Below are positions 34,333 to 38,784 of a DNA stretch of 38,784 nucleotides, piece after piece. A program made the position numbers and the translations under genes. The DNA comes from an uncultured Acidimicrobiia bacterium. GTDB lineage: Bacteria; Actinomycetota; Acidimicrobiia; IMCC26256; CALEDW01. Location of the stretch: NCBI GenBank assembly GCA_937949585.1, contig CALEDW010000003.1, forward strand, positions 1 to 38,784, written 5' to 3'. Within the stretch, counting starts at the first letter, position 1. Each line of letters starts with the position of its first letter. The notes below the pieces were generated by a model, which ran no database searches, was not told the origin of the DNA, and saw only the letters and a list, made by a program, of their open reading frames with translations.

Positions 34333-34983
34333 TCAGCCGGAGGGGACCCCGGGTTCGGGAGGCAGCGCGGCGGTGATCACCTCACGGAGCCGCGACATGG
34401 TGAGGGCCGTGGTGAGGTCGCCCCGGCTCCGTTCCACCACCGCCCGCAACGCATCCGTCGTGCGGCGCAGGCCACCGGTCACGGCGTCGGGATAGTCGAC
34501 GGTCATGCACAGGCCGAGCACCTCGTCCATCACCCCGAGCAGCTGCTCGGCGCGTTCCAGACGACCGGTCCGCAGGCAGTCGAGGAGGTGACGGCGCAGT
34601 TCGCTGGCCGCTTCGGCCAGACCGTTCAGGTACGAAGCGACCTCCACCCCGAGGTCGGCGGGACCCGGCAGGGGCTCGTCCCGCACGATCGCCAGGGTGA
34701 GACGGGCCTCGGCGTACTCCTTGGCCGCATCCCCGAGGGCCCCGTGCCGCAGCTCGGGATGCGTCTCGGCGGCGTCGCAGGCCTCGGCCAGGAGCGTCTC
34801 GGCCGCGTCGAGCTCCGCCACCGCCTGGGCGAAGTCGTGACGGTGCACGGCCCGCACCGCCCGCCCTGCGGCCTGGATCACCTGCCGGGCGCAGCGCAAC
34901 ATGACCTCGCGCGCCAGGTGCCGGTCCTCCAGGACCTCCCGGGCCGTCCGGCCGATCGTCTCCAGCTCCGCGGCCCGGTCCAT
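34333..34983 (-). CDS. Translin/TRAX-family protein
   Basis: AKEYAEA (TRAX-like ExxE), SYLNGLAEAASELRRHLL (compare YLSGV..LASELSR in translin), C-terminal GGLRRTTDALRAVVERSRGDL. All-helical pattern. Confidence 0.6.
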   Translation of the reverse strand: MDRAAELETIGRTAREVLEDRHLAREVMLRCARQVIQAAGRAVRAVHRHDFAQAVAELDAAETLLAEACDAAETHPELRHGALGDAAKEYAEARLTLAIVRDEPLPGPADLGVEVASYLNGLAEAASELRRHLLDCLRTGRLERAEQLLGVMDEVLGLCMTVDYPDAVTGGLRRTTDALRAVVERSRGDLTTALTMSRLREVITAALPPEPGVPSG

Positions 34984-34992
34984 CGGGACCGA

Positions 34993-35499
34993 TCAGGACG
35001 AGGCGTGACGACGCACCGGGAGCGGGACCGGGCCGCCGGGGGCCGGGCGTGGCCCGAGCATCGGGATCGGCGCGACGGTCGGCCGATCGAGCCGCGGGAC
35101 GACGGCGAGCAGCACCAGGTAGGTGGCGAACAGGGCCCCGAGGACCGCGCTCAACAGCCAGAGCAGGATCGCACCCGCCACGAGCGCCAGCAGCAGCGAC
35201 CCGGCCAGGGCGGTCGCGAGCACGAGCACCACGTCCCGGCGTCGCTTCGCCGCCGCGACCCGCCGCGCCCGCACGGCACGACTCGGCGTCCCGGGGTCCG
35301 GGGTCGGAACCGCCCACAGCGGACGGGTCGGCGTCGCGCCGGGGGCGGGGTGACCTCCGGTCCGGCCGATGACCCGCAGGTGGTGCGTGAAACGGTCGAC
35401 GGAGTCGACCCGCTGCCGGTCGCTGCGGCCTTTGATCACGGGCCACAGGAAGAAGGCCGCCCACGCGGCTGCGAGGATCAGCAGGATCAGGATCGCCAA
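34993..35499 (-). CDS. Hypothetical membrane protein (N-terminal TM, DSVDRF motif, Pro-rich linker, two C-terminal TM segments); start uncertain
   Basis: MAILILLILAAAWAAFFLWP...DSVDRFTHHLRVIG...VVLVLATALAGSLLLALVAGAILLWLLSAVLGALFATYLVLLAVV. The TTG start at 35499 lies only 2 nt after AGGAG. Confidence 0.6.
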   Translation of the reverse strand: MAILILLILAAAWAAFFLWPVIKGRSDRQRVDSVDRFTHHLRVIGRTGGHPAPGATPTRPLWAVPTPDPGTPSRAVRARRVAAAKRRRDVVLVLATALAGSLLLALVAGAILLWLLSAVLGALFATYLVLLAVVPRLDRPTVAPIPMLGPRPAPGGPVPLPVRRHASS

Positions 35500-35674
35500 G
35501 GCTCCTGGTCGCCTTCCGTGTCGCGGACGCTAACGCAGGCTGAACGCCGAGTGGGGGATCACCCTAGGCGTCGGCCGACCCCCCCGGCGAACTCGGAGCC
35601 CCGACGTTCCCGGATGAACGACGTGATCGGTGCAAACCGCCAGGATGGGATGGATGCCCCGGGCTCCCGGGATC

Positions 35675-36175
35675 TCAGGGCCGGAGCGACTCGTCGAGGA
35701 GACCCTCCCGCCGCCAGTTCCCGGAGCGCCCCCCGGTCTTCTCCCACAGGGCGAGATCCCCGATCGTCATCCCCCGGTCGATCGACTTGCACATGTCGTA
35801 CACCGTGAGGGCCGCCACCGCCGCCGCGGTGAGCGCCTCCATCTCGACGCCGGTCCGGTCGACGGTGTCGACCTGGGCCTCGACCTCGATGTGGGCGTCC
35901 TCGATCCGGAAGTTCACGAACACCGAACCCACCAGCAGCGGGTGGCACAGCGGGAGGAGCATGGCCGTCTGCTTCGCGGCCTGGATCCCTGCGACCCGGG
36001 CGACCGCCAGCACGTCCCCCTTCTGGACGGCCCCGGAGGCGACGGCGGCCGCCGTCTCGGCCGCCATGTAGACCCGGCAGCGCGCCACGGCCCGCCGGTG
36101 GCTGGCCTCCTTGGCGGTGACGTCGACCATCCGGGCGCGACCCAACGGGTCGAGGTGCGTGAACTCCGAGGTCAT
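35675..36175 (-). CDS. moaC: Cyclic pyranopterin monophosphate synthase
   Basis: MVDVTAK..S.R.A.A......KGDVLAVARVAGIQAAKQT..L.PLCHPL...TGVEMEALTA. ATG 36175 is preceded by TAGACT-N6. Confidence 0.93.
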   Translation of the reverse strand: MTSEFTHLDPLGRARMVDVTAKEASHRRAVARCRVYMAAETAAAVASGAVQKGDVLAVARVAGIQAAKQTAMLLPLCHPLLVGSVFVNFRIEDAHIEVEAQVDTVDRTGVEMEALTAAAVAALTVYDMCKSIDRGMTIGDLALWEKTGGRSGNWRREGLLDESLRP

Positions 36176-36204
36176 CGCGCCAGTCTAGGGATCGTCCACC
36201 CCCC

Positions 36205-37221
36205 TCAGCCCCCGATCTGGCTCATCGACCGGGCGGGACGGACGAAGTCGACCCGGCCGATGCGGTGCCCCGGGCCCTTGCCGGCGACGGCCGCGGCGAT
36301 GCGACCGGCCAGGTCGTCGTCGCTCGCGCCGGCGCGCATCGGCCCCCGCAAGTCGGTCTCTTCGAGCGCGAACAGACACGTCCGCACCTTCCCGTCGGCG
36401 GTGATGCGGATACGGTCGCAGCGGTCGCAGAAAGGCGCGGTGACGCTGGGGATCACCCCGACCTCACCCCGGCCGTCGGCGTAGGGGACACGGGCCGCCG
36501 GTTCGTCGTGCCCGCCCGACAGTGCCTCGGCGGGCGGGCGGGCCAGCGGGAAGACCCGATGGATCCGCTCCAGCATCTCTCCGGCACTCACCACCGCCGT
36601 GGGTACCCACCTTCCGGCGGCGTCGAGCGGCATGAACTCGATGAGTCGCAATGCCAGCCCCCGGTCGCGGGCGAACGCGGCCAGCGCGACGAGCTCGTCG
36701 TCGTTGCGCCCCCGGACGATCACCGCGTTCACCTTCACCGGTGAGAGCCCGGCGGCGACGGCGGCGTCGATCCCGGCGAGGACCTGGGGCAAGGCGTCGC
36801 GCCCGCACAGTTCCCGGAACCGGTCGCGTCGCAGCGTGTCGAGCGAGACGTTCACCCGGTGCAGCCCCGCGTCGCGAAGCCGCGGCGCCAGCGCCTCCAG
36901 TCGGGTGCCGTTCGTAGTCATCGCCAGGTCGACGCCGAGCGGCGCCAAGAGCTCCACGAGGCGCCACACCCCGGCCCGATCGGTCGGTTCCCCCCCGGTG
37001 ATCCGGATCCCGTCGAACCCCCAGCGCGTCACGCAGAGTCGAGCGAGCCGGGCGAGCTCCTCGTAGGTGAGCAGCTCGGCCCGGGGGAGCCAGGTCAGTC
37101 CCTCCGGCGGCATGCAGTAGTGGCAACGCAAACCGCAGCGGTCGGTCACCGAGAGCCGCAGATCGCCGACCCGGCGGCCGTGGCCGTCGACGAGCACGGG
37201 AGCCGCGGGCTGCGGGGCCAT
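36205..37221 (-). CDS. moaA: GTP 3',8-cyclase (radical SAM)
   Basis: LRLSVTDRCGLRCHYCMP (CxxxCxxC), ITGGEP, C-terminal FCDRCDRIRITADGKVRTCLF, terminal GG. ATG 37221 is preceded by TACCCT-N6. Confidence 0.93.
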   Translation of the reverse strand: MAPQPAAPVLVDGHGRRVGDLRLSVTDRCGLRCHYCMPPEGLTWLPRAELLTYEELARLARLCVTRWGFDGIRITGGEPTDRAGVWRLVELLAPLGVDLAMTTNGTRLEALAPRLRDAGLHRVNVSLDTLRRDRFRELCGRDALPQVLAGIDAAVAAGLSPVKVNAVIVRGRNDDELVALAAFARDRGLALRLIEFMPLDAAGRWVPTAVVSAGEMLERIHRVFPLARPPAEALSGGHDEPAARVPYADGRGEVGVIPSVTAPFCDRCDRIRITADGKVRTCLFALEETDLRGPMRAGASDDDLAGRIAAAVAGKGPGHRIGRVDFVRPARSMSQIGG

Positions 37222-37292
37222 CCCGACAGGGTACGGCGCGGACCCGGACCGGCCCACCGCCGGACGGCGGGCGGCATGGGCCGATCGACCCA

Positions 37293-37321
37293 TTGTGATC
37301 GCGCGGATAGTGGTTTATCAT
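37293..37321 (+). promoter_or_regulatory. Near-consensus sigma-70/SigA-type promoter: TTGTGA (37293-37298), 17-nt spacer, TATCAT (37316-37321)
   Basis: Read directly in the most AT-rich island at this end of the window. Predicted TSS near 37328. Confidence 0.6.
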
Positions 37322-37327
37322 TCACTG

Positions 37328-37488
37328 AACGTCCACCTTGGGAGGCGGGTGGGCCAGGGACGAGACGGGTCCCCACCTCGGGGAGGCGTCGATCCGCAGG
37401 CATCGAGCTGGTCGCGTGAGCCTGCGGGGAGCCAGCGCGAAACCGGCCCCGCCGACGGGCCGGTCTCCCGCGACGAACCGAGGTACCC
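37328..37488 (+). other. Structured 5' leader (about 160 nt) of unknown class, with two direct repeats CCACCTYGGG(G)AGGCG (37333-37347, 37373-37388) and several GC hairpins
   Basis: Hairpins: 37331-37354 (7 bp), 37357-37373 (5 bp), 37394-37427 (8 bp, CCGCAGGC/GCCTGCGG), 37443-37463 (7 bp, CCGGCCC/GGGCCGG). The repeat core ACCUCGG is complementary to the SD region CCGAGGU at 37478-37484. Confidence 0.45.
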
Positions 37489-37731
37489 ATGCCCACGTCC
37501 GCTCACCCGGCCGGGCCGGCCGCCCGGTCGGAACCGATCGTCCGAGTCGTCGAGGTCCGACCCGTGCCCCCGCCCGGCGTCACCGCCCCCGAAGGGTCCA
37601 CGCCCGTCGTGGTGCTCGGCTGCCTCCTGCTGTTGGCCTGCGGGCTCGTGGCGTGGCTGCTCGCCCATCGGGCCGCGGTCCGCTCCGTGCCATCCGCCCG
37701 CCCGCGCCCGCAGGACCGGCCGGCCGCCTGA
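37489..37731 (+). CDS. Small (80 aa) single-pass membrane protein, function unknown
   Basis: ATG with GAGG 5 nt upstream, very high third-position G/C, one clear TM helix VVVLGCLLLLACGLVAWLLA. Confidence 0.55.
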   Translation: MPTSAHPAGPAARSEPIVRVVEVRPVPPPGVTAPEGSTPVVVLGCLLLLACGLVAWLLAHRAAVRSVPSARPRPQDRPAA

Positions 37732-37831
37732 GCCGGTCCGCCGACCCGGCTCCGGGCGCATCTCGGTCCTGGCGCACGGTCCGGGCGCACGGCGCGGCCG
37801 ACCACGCTGCCGCTCGCGACGCGCCCTTCGG

Positions 37832-38784
37832 TCAGGGCTCCTCGGGGTCCGGCTCGGCGAGGCAGAGGACGTCGACCTCCTCGCCCCGGCACACGCCAGG
37901 ACCGTCGGGCAGGAGCGCGAGGCCGTTGGCGGCCGCCATCGCCGCCAACGCGTTGCTCGCCTGGTCCCACACCCGCGTGGCGAGGAGGCGCCCCTGCTCG
38001 CTGCGGACCACCACCCTGTCGACGTGCAGCTTCCCGTCGGCGCGGCGCGGCATGTCGTGATCGGCCACGGCCCGCAGACGGGGCCGGTGGAGGTACCGGT
38101 GCCCGCCGAGTGCCCGGATCGCGGGGCGCACGAACAGCTCGAAGCTCACGTGCGCCGACACCGGGTTCCCGGGCAGCCCGAAGCACACGAGGTCGCCGAG
38201 CACCCCGACGGCCAGCGGCTTGGCCGGCTTGATCGCCACCTGCCACCAGCGCAGCACGCCGAGGTCGTCGAGGGCGAGGCGCACGACGTCGCGCTCGCCC
38301 ACCGAGACCCCCCCGCTGCTCACCACGAGGTCGAGGGCGCCGACGAGCCCCTCGAGCCGGCCGGCGAGGTGGGCCGGGTCGTCATCACAGATCCCGAGGT
38401 CGGTGACCTCGGCACCGGCCTCGGCCACCAGCGCGGCCAGCATCGGGCGGTTGGCGTCGCGGATCCGTCCGGGCGGAGGAGGCCCCGGCCCGTCCCACAG
38501 CTCGTCGCCGGTGGACAGCACCCCCACCCGCGCCGGAGCGGCGACGGTGACCTCCCGGCGGCCGAGCGACGACAGCACGCCGAGGTGGGCGGGGCGGAGC
38601 TCGGTGCCCGGCTCGAACACCACCGAGCCGGCCCGCACGTCGCCGCCGGCGGGGCGCACGTTCGCGCCCGTGGCGACCGCTTCCTCCACCCACACCTCGG
38701 CGGCCGGGCCGGCCCGGGTGTGCTCGACCATGACGACGGCGTCGGCGCCGGGCGGGACCGGCGCCCCGGTCGTGATCCGCATCG
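37832..38784 (-). CDS. moeA: Molybdopterin molybdenumtransferase, C-terminal part (5' end outside the window)
   Basis: RITTGAPVPPGADAVV, VGVLSTGDEL, SSGGVSVGERD, FGLPGNPVSA. The reading frame runs off the window edge. Confidence 0.9.
   Translation of the reverse strand, partial: MRITTGAPVPPGADAVVMVEHTRAGPAAEVWVEEAVATGANVRPAGGDVRAGSVVFEPGTELRPAHLGVLSSLGRREVTVAAPARVGVLSTGDELWDGPGPPPPGRIRDANRPMLAALVAEAGAEVTDLGICDDDPAHLAGRLEGLVGALDLVVSSGGVSVGERDVVRLALDDLGVLRWWQVAIKPAKPLAVGVLGDLVCFGLPGNPVSAHVSFELFVRPAIRALGGHRYLHRPRLRAVADHDMPRRADGKLHVDRVVVRSEQGRLLATRVWDQASNALAAMAAANGLALLPDGPGVCRGEEVDVLCLAEPDPEEP

Noticed and set aside
23569-35808. Very long plus-strand ORFs 23569..26166, 26045..29524 and 33307..35808, plus the Arg/Pro-rich ORFs at 95..1312, 450..2660 and 7139..8872
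   Set aside because: These are shadow ORFs of real genes on the other strand or in another frame. Their composition is dominated by R, P, G and A, with no catalytic motifs.
37222-37488. Moco riboswitch upstream of moaA (minus strand)
   Set aside because: moaA has a TACCCT box exactly 6 nt upstream of its ATG, like eight other leaderless-type genes, which leaves no 5' UTR for a riboswitch. I also could not recognise the Moco motif elements I remember. A cmsearch with RF01055 on both strands would settle it.

Overview
Very GC-rich, actinobacterial-type chromosomal window with about 38 protein genes and 2 tRNAs. I saw no transposase, integrase, phage gene or CRISPR array. All family calls come from reading motifs in the supplied translations or my own translations; no database search was run.

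**Layout**
- **1-13.3 kb, mostly minus strand:** a conserved housekeeping block: rplY(partial)-GT2/methyltransferase fusion-prs-glmU-tRNA-Gln-bS22-ispE-rsmA-DUF348/G5/RlpA-like protein-tatD-metG-abrB-like-rsmI-DUF192-ychF-like. It is colinear with the Mycobacterium metG-tatD-rpfB-ksgA-ispE...glmU-prs-rplY region and the Bacillus rsmI-abrB-metS-tatD-yabE-ksgA...glmU-prs-ctc region.
- **13.4-34.3 kb:** a mix of metabolic, secreted and accessory genes:
  - epoxide-hydrolase-like and DapA-family genes, WS/DGAT, serC;
  - a tightly coupled class III cyclase / MIOX-like HD protein / GT-C membrane protein operon, then an HhH-GPD gene;
  - two tandem S8 proteases, a VIT1-family transporter and a Zn-ADH;
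  - an 802-aa lipoprotein hydrolase and a cytochrome c;
  - a MarR-MFS pair, tRNA-Ala and a PI-PLC-like lipoprotein.
- **34.3-38.8 kb:** a translin-like gene, a membrane protein, and a Moco cluster (moaC, moaA, moeA partial) interrupted by a small membrane-protein gene.

**Main signals beyond gene content**
1. A repeated TANNNT-N6-start-codon arrangement at nine genes implies leaderless transcription.
2. Two divergent gene pairs have an intergenic space (17 bp and 26 bp) made up only of overlapping or abutting -10 boxes. One is a perfect 15-2-15 palindrome that includes both start codons.
3. The only near-consensus -35/-10 promoter in the window drives a roughly 160-nt repeat-containing leader and an 80-aa membrane protein.
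4. The YchF homologue has degenerate nucleotide-binding motifs.
5. A 33-aa bS22-type ORF is absent from the ORF track.

I do not see a clearly novel multi-gene system. The cyclase operon and the leader RNA are the best candidates and are flagged as inference.
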